A stretch of 64,000 bases of DNA from NCBI GenBank assembly GCA_963775425.1, contig CAVZJB010000004.1, forward strand, positions 448,001-512,000, written 5' to 3'. Source of the stretch: an uncultured delta proteobacterium (GTDB lineage: Bacteria > Myxococcota > UBA727 > VGSZ01). Below the pieces are notes generated by a model, which saw only the letters and a program-made list of their open reading frames with translations, made no database searches and was not told the DNA's origin. The position numbers and the translations under genes are program-made. Position 1 is the first letter of the stretch. Each line of letters opens with the position of its first letter. Positions 38,433-47,814 of the stretch are shown piece after piece.

Positions 38433-40004
38433 ATGAACACGGTCGAAGGCATCCGCGCCTTTGCCGAGACGCAGCCGGACACGCGCGCGCTCGTCGACAT
38501 GAAGACCGGCGCCTCGCGCACCTTCGCCGAGCTCGTGCGCGACCTCGACGGCATCGCTGCGGCCCTCCGCCGAGCCGGCGTCCGCCCCGGCGACCGCACC
38601 GCGCTGTTCGTCTCTGAGCCGGTCGCGCTCACCACCACGATGTTCGCCTGCTTTCAAGCCGGCGCCGTCCCCGTGCTCATCGACCCCGGCATGGGCCTCG
38701 ACAACATGCTCGCGTGCGTCCGCGAGCAGCGCCCCCGGGTGCTCATCGGCGTCCCGAAGGCGCACGTGTTGCGGACGGTGGCCCGGCGGGCGTTCGCCTC
38801 CGTCGAGGTGCCGCTGGTCGTCGGCGGCGCGTTCCCCGGCGCCCGCCGCTTGCGCGCGGGATCCGGCGGCGACGCCGCCGACGCGGCCGTCCACGCCGCC
38901 GCCCCCGCCGACACCGCGGCCATCCTGTACACCTCCGGCAGCACCGGGCCGCCCAAGGGCGTCATCTACACGCACGCGAACTTCGCCGGCCAGCCCTCGG
39001 CCATCGCCGAGATGATCGACCTGCGCCCCGGAGACGTGCACGTCGCGTGCTTCCTGCCGTTCGGCTTCATCGCCGTCGCCATGGGGCTCACGGCGGTGTT
39101 CCCCGACATGGACTTCCGCTTTCCGGCCAAGGCCGACCCGCGAAAGATCCTGGCGGCGCTCGAGGGGGCGCGGAGCGCGTTCGCGTCGCCGGCCTTGTGG
39201 GAGCCCTTCTCGCTCTTCCTCGAACGCGAGCACGTGGAGCTCCCGGGGCTCGCGCAGGTGCTCACCGCGGGCGCGCCCGTGCGCCCCGAGCTGCACGAGC
39301 GCCTGCTCGCGCACCTGCCTGCCGGCGACGTCTTCACCCCGTACGGCGCCACCGAGGCGCTGCCGGTGAGCGTGATGAGCGGCCGCGCCGTCGTCGACGA
39401 GACGGCGGCGCTCACGCGGCAGGGCAAGGGCACCTGCGTGGGCCGCATCGCGCCCGGCGTCGAGGTGAAGATCCTCGCCGTCAGCGACGACGCCGTCCAA
39501 TCCATCGACGGCGCCCGCGAGCTCCCGCGCGGCGAGATCGGGGAGATCGTCGTGCGCGGCGCGTGCGTCACGCGCGGCTACGACAACAAGCCCGACGCCA
39601 ACCGCCTCTCCAAGATCCCCGACGGGGACACCGTGTGGCACCGTATGGGCGACGTCGGCTACCTCGACGACGCCGGCCGCCTGTGGTTCTGCGGTCGCAA
39701 GGCGCAGCGGGTGGAGACGGCGCGCGGGCCGCTGTACTCCATCCCCGTGGAGGCCGTCGCCGAGGACGGCGGCCGTCCACGCGCGGCGCTCGTGGGCCTG
39801 GGGCCGCGGGGCAGGCAGGCGGCGGTGGTCGTCGTCGAGCGCGGCCGCGACGCGCCGGAGCCGGCCGCGCTCGGCGTGCACGCGGCGCTCGCGTACGGCG
39901 ACGCGTTCCCCGTCGACCGCCGCCACAACGCCAAGATCGAGCGCGAGGTGCTGGCGGCGTGGGCGGCCAGGCGCCTGCCCCACCTCGCCGGCGGCGTGCC
40001 GTGA
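38433..40004 (+). CDS. oleC: OleC olefin beta-lactone synthetase (AMP-binding)
   Basis: LIDPGMG, YTSGSTGPPKGV, TPYGATEALPV, WHRMGDVG, FPVDRRHNAKI. Confidence 0.9.
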   Translation: MNTVEGIRAFAETQPDTRALVDMKTGASRTFAELVRDLDGIAAALRRAGVRPGDRTALFVSEPVALTTTMFACFQAGAVPVLIDPGMGLDNMLACVREQRPRVLIGVPKAHVLRTVARRAFASVEVPLVVGGAFPGARRLRAGSGGDAADAAVHAAAPADTAAILYTSGSTGPPKGVIYTHANFAGQPSAIAEMIDLRPGDVHVACFLPFGFIAVAMGLTAVFPDMDFRFPAKADPRKILAALEGARSAFASPALWEPFSLFLEREHVELPGLAQVLTAGAPVRPELHERLLAHLPAGDVFTPYGATEALPVSVMSGRAVVDETAALTRQGKGTCVGRIAPGVEVKILAVSDDAVQSIDGARELPRGEIGEIVVRGACVTRGYDNKPDANRLSKIPDGDTVWHRMGDVGYLDDAGRLWFCGRKAQRVETARGPLYSIPVEAVAEDGGRPRAALVGLGPRGRQAAVVVVERGRDAPEPAALGVHAALAYGDAFPVDRRHNAKIEREVLAAWAARRLPHLAGGVP

Positions 40005-41032
40005 AGGTGCTCGTCACCGGCGGCGGTGGCTTCGTCGGTTTCAAGGTCGTCGAAATGTTGCGCAAGCGCGGCGACGACGTCCGCGTGATCGCGCGGGGCG
40101 AGCACCCGCGGGTGGTCGGCGCCGGGGCGGAGCTCGTGCGCGGCGACCTCGCCGACAAGGAGGTGGCGCCGGCCGGCGTCGACGGCGTGGACGCGGTGGT
40201 GCACGTGGCCGCCAAGGCCGGCGTGTGGGGAGACCCGGCGGACTACGAGCGCTCCAACGTCACCGCCACCCAGAACGTGATCGACGCGTGCGTGGCCGCC
40301 GGGGTGGATCGGCTGGTGATGACCTCGTCGCCCTCGGTGACCTTCCACGGCGGGGACACGCTGAACGGAGATGAGTCGCTTCCGTATGCGTCGAAGCATC
40401 TCTACCACTACGGCCGCACCAAGGCCGAGTCCGAGCGGCGGGTGCTCAAGGCCAACGCCACGCCGCACAAGAAGGGCCCGGGCGTGCTCCTCACGTGCGC
40501 CCTGCGCCCGCACCTCGTCTACGGCCCGGGCGATCCGCACATCCTGCCGCGCCTGGTGTCCCGGGCGAAGGCGGGGCGGCTCGCGTGGATCGGCAGCGGC
40601 AAGAACGTCGTCGACGTCACCTACGTCGACAACGCGGCCCACGCGCACCTGCTGGCGCTCGACGCGCTGGGGGCGGACAAGGCAAAGCCCGCGGGCAAGG
40701 CGTACTTCATCTCCCAGGGCACGCCCGTGAGCCCGCCGGCGTGGGTGAACCGCATCCTCAAGGACATCGGCCTCGCCGAGGTCACGCGCAAGGTGCCCTA
40801 TCCGGTGGCCTACGCCCTCGGCGGCGTGCTCGAAGGCGCGTGGTCGCTCTTCGGCTTGAAGGGCGAGCCGATGATGACCCGCTTCATGGCCGCCGAGCTC
40901 GCCACCAGCCACACCTACGACCTGACGGCGGCGCGCCGCGACCTCGGCTACGAGCCCATCGTCGACGACGACGAGGCCCACGAGCGCGCCGTCGCGTGGT
41001 TGAGGTCCGAGCTCACGGCCGGCAGGCTCTGA
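40001..41032 (+). CDS. oleD: OleD 2-alkyl-3-oxoalkanoate reductase (extended SDR)
   Basis: VTGGGGFVG, HVAAKAGVWG, TSSPSV, YGRTK, LRPHLVYGPGD. Confidence 0.9.
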   Translation: MKVLVTGGGGFVGFKVVEMLRKRGDDVRVIARGEHPRVVGAGAELVRGDLADKEVAPAGVDGVDAVVHVAAKAGVWGDPADYERSNVTATQNVIDACVAAGVDRLVMTSSPSVTFHGGDTLNGDESLPYASKHLYHYGRTKAESERRVLKANATPHKKGPGVLLTCALRPHLVYGPGDPHILPRLVSRAKAGRLAWIGSGKNVVDVTYVDNAAHAHLLALDALGADKAKPAGKAYFISQGTPVSPPAWVNRILKDIGLAEVTRKVPYPVAYALGGVLEGAWSLFGLKGEPMMTRFMAAELATSHTYDLTAARRDLGYEPIVDDDEAHERAVAWLRSELTAGRL

Positions 41033-41056
41033 CGGCGCGATGCGGGGCGCCGTCGC

Positions 41057-44000
41057 TCACCGCAGCGCGACGCGTGGGCCTTCGCGCCGGCCCTGGGAGA
41101 GGCCCTCGGCGGCGTTCAGCAGAGGCGCGATGCGCTTGAGCTGACCGCGGGCGTCGAGCGCCGTGAAGAGGGTCTCGGCCTTGCGCGCGGCGCGCCAGGC
41201 GCGCTTGGGCTCGCGCGCGCGCAGGAGGAGCTGGCCGTAGCCGGCCATGAGGTCGCCGAGCTCGAAGTCGCGGTGGCCACGGCGACACAGGGCGACGGCG
41301 TAGAGGAACGCCTTGCGCGCCTTCTTGAGCTCGCCCTTGGCCGTGAACAACAGGCCCTGTGCGCGCAGCACGTGGGCCCGAGGCTCGTCGAGCCCGTCGG
41401 GCGGGAGCATGCGGGCGGTCTGTTTGATGAGGTCCTCGGCCTCCTGCTGCATGCCCTTGGCGAGGAGCGCCAGCGACGTGTCCGAGCGGGCGATGATCAC
41501 GCTGCCGTTGGCGCCTTGCTTCTCGAACGCGTCGACGGCCGCGCGCAGGTGATCGAGGGCGCGGTCGTAGTCGCCCTTGGCGTAGTAGGAGCGCCCGATG
41601 CTCTGAAGGCACTCGGCGCGGTCGGTGATGCGCGACAGTTCCGCCGCCACCGTGGCGGCGCGCTGGTACCTCGCGATGGCCTCCTTGTACGCGCCGGACA
41701 TGTAGAGCTGGTCACCGAGGGCCTTGGTGAGCTGCGCCTCCTCGACGCGGTGGCCCGACTTCTTGGCGAGGTCGAGCGCGGCGTTCAGGTTCTTGCGCGC
41801 CTCGAGGCGGTCGCGGTTGGCCGTCAGCGCCTCGGCGAGCCGGCGGCGGGCCGGGATCTCGTCGAGGAAGCGGCCCTCCTTCTGCGCCAGCGCCACGCGG
41901 CGCTTGGCGGCGTCGAGGGCCCGCTTGGGCTTGCCGGCCGCGAGGGCGGCTGCGCTGACGAGGTCGTCGAGGCGCAGCATGTCGTCGACGCCAGGCCTTG
42001 CCTTCCATAGTTCCATGGCCTTCGAAGCGTCCGAGAGGGCGCCCATGGGATCGCTTTGTTGCTTGAGGGCGCCGCGGGCGACGAACAGCCGCGCCACCGC
42101 CACGGGATGCTCCGACGGGTTCAAGAGCGTCAACGCGCGATCCACGGCGCGCAGCCCCGCCTCCGCCTGGCCCAACGCCAGCATGGCGCGGGAGAGCCAC
42201 ACGTGCATCTCGCCGAGCGCGTCGGGCGCGGCCCGCTCCACGTCCGGGCGCGTGACGGAGCCCTCGAGGAACGAGCGCGCCTCCGCCGTGTGGCCGGCGA
42301 GCAGCATGGCCTTGCCGATGACGAGGTCGGCGCGGGCGAGCGCCATGACGTCGCCACCGTTCTTCTGCAGGAGGCGCAGGGCGCGACGGCCGAGGGCGAT
42401 GGCGTCCTCGAAGCCGAACGTGCTCACGGCGTGCTCGGCCGCGATGAAGAACATCTGCACCGCCTTGAGCGTCTCCCCCGCGACCTCGTAGTGGTGGGCG
42501 AGCGTCTCGGCGACCGCGTCGACGTGGCCCTTGCTCCGCTCCTCGAGGACCACGGCGCAGGTCTTGTGCCACTTGTGCAGATCGCCCTTCTCCTCGAGCT
42601 TCTGCAACAGGGCGTCGCGGATGTTGGGGTGGCGGAAGACCACCCGGGGGCGCCCGTCCTCCTCGTCGACGACGCGGATCAGGCCGTTGCCCTCGGTGGT
42701 GGAGAGGGCCTGGCGCACCTGGGCGACGTCGAGGCCGGCGATGCCGGCGAGGAGCTTGGGCCCGCTCGGGCGGTTGAAGACCGCGAGCGCGCTCAGCGTC
42801 TTTCGCTCCACGTCGCTCAGGCGCTGCAGCCGCTCCTGCAGCACGCTGAGGAGCGGCGCCGAGGCGCCGAAGCTCTTGAGCTCGTCGAGCTTCCAGCCGC
42901 GCTCACCGCGCTTGAGGTCACCGCGATCGATCATGAGCGCGAGGAGCTCCTCCACCATCAGGGGGCTGCCGCGCGACTGCGACGTGAGCATGTCGGCGAG
43001 CCCCTCGGGCACGTCGCCGACGCCGAGGAGCGAGCAGGCGAGCTTCTTGACGTCATCGGGCGGCAGCGGCTCCAGCCGCACCCTGACGAGCTCGTTGCCG
43101 GCGGCGTCGAGGAGCTCGCGCGGCACCGGCGTCTCGTCTGCGGTGACCACGAGCAGGAGGCTGGCCTCCTTGGTGCGCCTGACGAGGTCCGCGAGCAGCG
43201 CGGCGCTGGCCGGGTCGCAAAACGGGATGTCTTCGACGATGAGCACGCAGACGTTGGGTCCGCCGAGGCCGAGGAACAGGTCCACGGCGGCGGTGTGGAA
43301 GCGGTCGCGCTCGAGCTTGCCCATCTCGAGGCTCGGCTGTGCACGCGCGCCGCCCACCTCGGGCAGCAGCCGCTCCACCACCTCCTTCTCGCTCTGCGTG
43401 AGCTGAGCGCGCCCCGCCAGCGGCGCCAACGCGCGCGCGAGGTCGGCGACCGGGCGATAGGCCCAACGCACGTCCTCCATGCACATGCCGATGGCGCTGC
43501 GCCCACCCTTGAGCTGCACCTCCGCCTTGAGCTCGTGCACGAAGCGGGACTTGCCGATGCCGTCGGGGCCGGTGACGACGACGAGGCGGGGCGATGTGGG
43601 CTTGCGCTCGCGCACGGCGTCCACGACGTCGGTGACGCGGGTGCGCTCCGCTTCGCGCCCGACCAGCCGCGCACGCCCGAGCGCCAGCGGCATGGCGACG
43701 TCGTGGTTGGGGATGAGGCGCGACAGCGCCGCCGCCACCTCCGCCGCCGACTGCGGCCTCGCGCTCGGCTCTTCCTCGAGGAGGTTGGCGATCAGGTGCG
43801 CGAGGTCCGCCTTCACCATGCCGGTGAGGTCCGGCGCCGGGGTCTTCCGCGCCTGCAAGAGCTCCTGCGGTGTGCCCCGGCCGTGCGGCAGCTTGCGCGT
43901 GAGCACCTGGAAGAGCGTGACGCCGACGGCGTAGAGATCGGCGGAGATGGAGTGGCCGTAGCCCCGCAGCACTTCGGAGGCGAGGTACGGCGGCGTGCCG

Positions 44001-44512
44001 GCCCAGCGCGCGCCGCGCTGCGGGGTGGGGTCGAGCTCGCGCCACAGGCCGAAGTCGAGCACGCGCACGCGCTCGCCGGGATCGGCGTGCTGCTGCACGA
44101 GGATGTTGGCGGGCTTGAGGTCTCTGTGGAGCACCCCGTGGCCGTGGATGAACTCGAGCGCGCGACAGATCTCGACGAAGAGCGCGACGACGTCGTCGAT
44201 CTTCTTGCCGGCGACGGTCTCGAGGAGCGGGCGGCCCACCACCAGCTCCTGCGTGAAGTACCAGGTGTTCTCCTCCGGCGCGGGGCCGAAGTCGTAGACG
44301 CTCACCAGGTTCGGGTGGTGCAGGCGCGACAACACCTCGAACTCGCGCCGAAAGAAATTCTCCCACCGCGGATCCTTCGCGTGGAGGAGCTTGAGCGCGA
44401 CGAACATGTTGTTGCGGCCGAGATCCTCACAGCGGAACACTTTGCCCGCCGCACCTTCGCCGAGGAGGTCGAGCAAACGATAGCGGCCATCGACGATGTC
44501 GCCGACTTGCAT
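41057..44512 (-). CDS. Ser/Thr protein kinase - STAND/AAA ATPase - TPR multidomain protein
   Basis: GEGAAG, VALK, HRDLKPAN, DFG; LVGREAE, Walker A GPDGIGKS; GSPL; FRH; C-terminal TPRs. Confidence 0.9.
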   Translation of the reverse strand: MQVGDIVDGRYRLLDLLGEGAAGKVFRCEDLGRNNMFVALKLLHAKDPRWENFFRREFEVLSRLHHPNLVSVYDFGPAPEENTWYFTQELVVGRPLLETVAGKKIDDVVALFVEICRALEFIHGHGVLHRDLKPANILVQQHADPGERVRVLDFGLWRELDPTPQRGARWAGTPPYLASEVLRGYGHSISADLYAVGVTLFQVLTRKLPHGRGTPQELLQARKTPAPDLTGMVKADLAHLIANLLEEEPSARPQSAAEVAAALSRLIPNHDVAMPLALGRARLVGREAERTRVTDVVDAVRERKPTSPRLVVVTGPDGIGKSRFVHELKAEVQLKGGRSAIGMCMEDVRWAYRPVADLARALAPLAGRAQLTQSEKEVVERLLPEVGGARAQPSLEMGKLERDRFHTAAVDLFLGLGGPNVCVLIVEDIPFCDPASAALLADLVRRTKEASLLLVVTADETPVPRELLDAAGNELVRVRLEPLPPDDVKKLACSLLGVGDVPEGLADMLTSQSRGSPLMVEELLALMIDRGDLKRGERGWKLDELKSFGASAPLLSVLQERLQRLSDVERKTLSALAVFNRPSGPKLLAGIAGLDVAQVRQALSTTEGNGLIRVVDEEDGRPRVVFRHPNIRDALLQKLEEKGDLHKWHKTCAVVLEERSKGHVDAVAETLAHHYEVAGETLKAVQMFFIAAEHAVSTFGFEDAIALGRRALRLLQKNGGDVMALARADLVIGKAMLLAGHTAEARSFLEGSVTRPDVERAAPDALGEMHVWLSRAMLALGQAEAGLRAVDRALTLLNPSEHPVAVARLFVARGALKQQSDPMGALSDASKAMELWKARPGVDDMLRLDDLVSAAALAAGKPKRALDAAKRRVALAQKEGRFLDEIPARRRLAEALTANRDRLEARKNLNAALDLAKKSGHRVEEAQLTKALGDQLYMSGAYKEAIARYQRAATVAAELSRITDRAECLQSIGRSYYAKGDYDRALDHLRAAVDAFEKQGANGSVIIARSDTSLALLAKGMQQEAEDLIKQTARMLPPDGLDEPRAHVLRAQGLLFTAKGELKKARKAFLYAVALCRRGHRDFELGDLMAGYGQLLLRAREPKRAWRAARKAETLFTALDARGQLKRIAPLLNAAEGLSQGRREGPRVALR

Positions 44513-44520
44513 CCCGGGCG

Positions 44521-44529
44521 AGCCTAGCA
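44521..44529 (-). promoter_or_regulatory. Putative extended -10 (TGCTAGGCT), 8 nt before ATG of the kinase
   Basis: TGnTAnnnT match, no SD sequence. Confidence 0.45.
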
Positions 44530-44576
44530 GGAACCCACCGCGCGCATCGCCCCGGCCGCGGCATGCTCGTCGAGGA

Positions 44577-45833
44577 TCAGCGCCCGGTGAACACGAGCAC
44601 GGCGGCGAGGCCGGCGAGCAGGGCGCCGAGCGCGACGGCGGCGGCCAGGGCCTGCCACCGCCGCCCTGGCAGCCGCACCATGCCGAGGATCGACACGACG
44701 ATGAACGCGAGGCTCGCCAGCACGCCGTAGGCGGTCAGCCACGCGCGCGCGAGCGGCGGCGGCGCGACCACGGTGGTCACGAGCTTGGGGGCCCGACGCT
44801 TGGCGGGCCAAAGACGTTGCAGGAGCGCGCGGGAGGCGGTGACGTCGCCCGGGTGCTTCTTGAGCCACGACAGCAGCGGGTCGCCTGCGGGGGCGCCCGC
44901 GGCGCGCATCTGCGTCTCGATGAACGACAACAGCGGCTTGTCCTCGTGCACGCGCAGCACCGCGAAGCGGCCGAGCTCGTCGGGCCAGGTGCCGCCGGCA
45001 TGGACCACGAGCAGCGTGCCCGGGGCGGCCCGGCCGAGGCGCAGCTTCACGGTGGCGCGCCCGTCGACCTCGACGTTCTGCGCGTCGACGACGACGCCGG
45101 CGGCGAGGAGATCGAGGCCCACCGCCCGCTTCTCGTCGGAGATCACGGTGACGTCGACGGTGCCGCCGCTGTCGACCTCGAGCGGCGCCTGAAGCCGGAG
45201 CCCGGACCGGTCCACGCGCAGCACGCGGCCACCGTCCACCTCCGCGCCCTGGATCTGCGGCGCCACCTCGACGACGGTGGGCTCCGAGGTCTCCTTGTCG
45301 AGCACCAGGAGCTTGCTCGGCAGGCGGCCGCTCACCTGACCGTCGACCGGATACAGCGGCCTGCCCCCGCGCCGGCCCATGAGCATGTCGCCTTCCCACG
45401 GCTGATAGATCAGCTTCTCCGTGAGGTGCGCGCGGCTCTCCTCGATGGCGCCGCGCACCACGGCGTGCACGGTCTTGTCGACGACGACGTCCGCCTCGAG
45501 CGCGCCGGGACCTGCGCCGTCGAGCCGCGCGGTGCCGTCGACGATGTCGGCGCTCACGGCCTCTCCTTGCGCCGGCGTCAGCGTCACGCGACCGGTGATG
45601 GTGCTGTGCTTGTCCGCGCCCGGCATGGCCGCGGACAAGCGCAGGGCCACCGGCGCGCCTGGGGCGAGCAGCGGCTCCCCCTGCACCACCACGCTCGGCG
45701 CCGGCGGCGGCTTCGACGACAACAGGCCGCCCGCGAACGCGCCGAGCGCGAGCACGATCAGAGTGAGCGCGGCGCCCTCCCACAAGCGCGGCCGCCCTCG
45801 CGCGGCCGCCGGTCCCGCCGGCGCGCCGCTCAT
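44577..45833 (-). CDS. Hypothetical membrane protein (N-terminal TM, beta-rich middle, two C-terminal TMs)
   Basis: Hydrophobic segments; ATG overlaps the rhomboid stop. Confidence 0.7.
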   Translation of the reverse strand: MSGAPAGPAAARGRPRLWEGAALTLIVLALGAFAGGLLSSKPPPAPSVVVQGEPLLAPGAPVALRLSAAMPGADKHSTITGRVTLTPAQGEAVSADIVDGTARLDGAGPGALEADVVVDKTVHAVVRGAIEESRAHLTEKLIYQPWEGDMLMGRRGGRPLYPVDGQVSGRLPSKLLVLDKETSEPTVVEVAPQIQGAEVDGGRVLRVDRSGLRLQAPLEVDSGGTVDVTVISDEKRAVGLDLLAAGVVVDAQNVEVDGRATVKLRLGRAAPGTLLVVHAGGTWPDELGRFAVLRVHEDKPLLSFIETQMRAAGAPAGDPLLSWLKKHPGDVTASRALLQRLWPAKRRAPKLVTTVVAPPPLARAWLTAYGVLASLAFIVVSILGMVRLPGRRWQALAAAVALGALLAGLAAVLVFTGR

Positions 45834-47737
45834 GGGGCGCCCTTTCCGTCGTCATGGCCGCCGTCGTCATGGCCGCCGCCGTCACCGTCGCCGCGGTCGC
45901 CGCCGTCGCCGGCGCCGCCGTCGCCACCGGGGGCGGAGCGGGACGCGTCGATGTGCTCCTTGCGCTCGAGCAGCGACGTGTCTCCGGGGAACTGGGTGAT
46001 GGCGGCCGCGCAAGCGAGCTGAGCGCGCGGGAGGTCGCCGCGCGCGATGAGGACGTCGACGAGGAGGAGCGCGACGTCCGGGTCGTCGTTGACGGCGACG
46101 CGCGCCCGCTCGGCTTGCGCGAGCGCAACGTCGAGGTCACCGCCCTGGTCGAGCTCGAAGCGCGCGCGCCCGACGCGGACGCGCCCCTCGAACCCGCCGC
46201 CGGTGCCGACGAGCTTCTCGGCGGCGTCGAACGCGCTTCGCGCGCCGGGGACGTCGCCGGCGGCCTCGTCGGCGAGGGCGAGGTCGAGCTGCGCGCGCAC
46301 GAGCTCGGGGTGATTGAGCACGGCGTTGTTGGCGTCGCGCTGGGCCTTGGTGTCGACGAGCTGCATACGCGACTTCACCTCGTGGAGGATCTCGGCCGAG
46401 CGCGGGGAGGCGCTCTTTCTGCGAGCCAGCACGAAGGCGCACTCCATCTCACCCCGGACGAACACGTACGCCTCCGCACTGAAGGGGCCGTCGCTGGCAA
46501 GGAACGAAAACGGCACGCGGCGCGCCTCCACCACCGGCGGCCGCGCGGAGCCGTCGGCGGCGAAGCCTACGCTGTCGTGGACGGGCGCGCCCACCTGCAG
46601 CGATCCGATGTGGCCGCCGCGCTCGAGTTGCTTCAGCTCCTGGTCCACGAACCTGCCGGTGGCGACGTCGAGCTCCGCGCGCGGCGTGCCCTGGAGCGGC
46701 CCCGTGCGCGCGCAGGCGATGGAGGCGAGCGCGTCGACACCGTTGCCGAACGCGAGGAAGCCGAGGGGGTCCGGGCCCTTGGTCCACGTGGTGGGGCGCT
46801 CGAGGACGATGCCGAACGCGTCGAGGTGATACGGGTGCCAGCGGAAGGCCACGCGCGGCACCAACGGCCCGAGCGCCACCACGAGCACGAGCAGCACCGA
46901 CGCCACGATGTACGGACGCGCCACCACCGCCGGCGGCTCCCGCGCGACGCGCAGCCGCATCAAGCGCGGCTCGAGGAGCGCGCCCATGACGAGCCCGGAG
47001 ACGAGGCCGCCCGCGTGCCCCCAGTTGTCCGTCGTGGGCCGCTGGAGCCCCAGGTAGAACATCACGGCGGCGTAGCCGACGACGACGACGCCGAAGTAGA
47101 GGCGGTAGCGCACGGGCAGCACCTCGGAGAAGCGCAGGCCGAAGACCACCGCGCAGCCGAGGCACGCGAAGATGATGCCGGAGGCGCCGACGGTGACGGG
47201 GCCGCTCATCAGCGTCGACAGCCCCATGGTCGCGATGCCGCCGGTGACGAGCAGCAGCAGGTAGTCGCCGCGGCGATACACGCCCTCGAGCACGGTGCCG
47301 ATGTTCAACAGCGCGAACAGGTTGAAGCCGAGGTGCGTGCCGTCCCTGTGCAGCAGGTTCGCCGTCAGGAGGCGCCAGAGCTGCCCCTCGTCGATGATGC
47401 GGGCGCGCGCCTTGGCGCCGAGCGCGATGAGCCCCTCCCGCGTGGCCACGCCGTCGCCCATGTGCCGCGCGACGAGGAACAGCGCGACGCACACGAGCGC
47501 GAAGAGGCCCGTGACGAGGGGGTAGCGCCCGAGGTGGAAGTGGCGCTGGAACAGCATGCGCCGCGGGTCGTAGATGGCGGTGAACAGCGACAGCTCGCGT
47601 GCCTGCACGAAGCGCTCGCCGGTCATGGCGGGGAGGCAGACCTCGGCGAAGGGCGAGATCTCGCCTCGCCTCGCGCGGTTCTCGAAGTCGTCGATCGTGA
47701 GGATCGACTCGTTTTCTCCCTCGCGGAGCCGGATCAC
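45830..47737 (-). CDS. Rhomboid intramembrane serine protease with C-terminal soluble and TPR-like domains
   Basis: WRLLT..LLH...HL.FN, VGASG (Ser), GHAGG (His); C-terminal helical repeats. Confidence 0.88.
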   Translation of the reverse strand: MIRLREGENESILTIDDFENRARRGEISPFAEVCLPAMTGERFVQARELSLFTAIYDPRRMLFQRHFHLGRYPLVTGLFALVCVALFLVARHMGDGVATREGLIALGAKARARIIDEGQLWRLLTANLLHRDGTHLGFNLFALLNIGTVLEGVYRRGDYLLLLVTGGIATMGLSTLMSGPVTVGASGIIFACLGCAVVFGLRFSEVLPVRYRLYFGVVVVGYAAVMFYLGLQRPTTDNWGHAGGLVSGLVMGALLEPRLMRLRVAREPPAVVARPYIVASVLLVLVVALGPLVPRVAFRWHPYHLDAFGIVLERPTTWTKGPDPLGFLAFGNGVDALASIACARTGPLQGTPRAELDVATGRFVDQELKQLERGGHIGSLQVGAPVHDSVGFAADGSARPPVVEARRVPFSFLASDGPFSAEAYVFVRGEMECAFVLARRKSASPRSAEILHEVKSRMQLVDTKAQRDANNAVLNHPELVRAQLDLALADEAAGDVPGARSAFDAAEKLVGTGGGFEGRVRVGRARFELDQGGDLDVALAQAERARVAVNDDPDVALLLVDVLIARGDLPRAQLACAAAITQFPGDTSLLERKEHIDASRSAPGGDGGAGDGGDRGDGDGGGHDDGGHDDGKGAP

Positions 47738-47743
47738 CGGTCG

Positions 47744-47752
47744 AAGCTAGCA
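47744..47752 (-). promoter_or_regulatory. Putative extended -10 (TGCTAGCTT), 6 nt before GTG of the rhomboid gene
   Basis: TGnTAnnnT match, no SD sequence. Confidence 0.5.
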
Positions 47753-47814
47753 CCCCGCGTCGTCGGGCGCGGGCTCGCGGCGCGCGTCGAAAAGCCCCCG
47801 CTCGTCCGCGGCGA

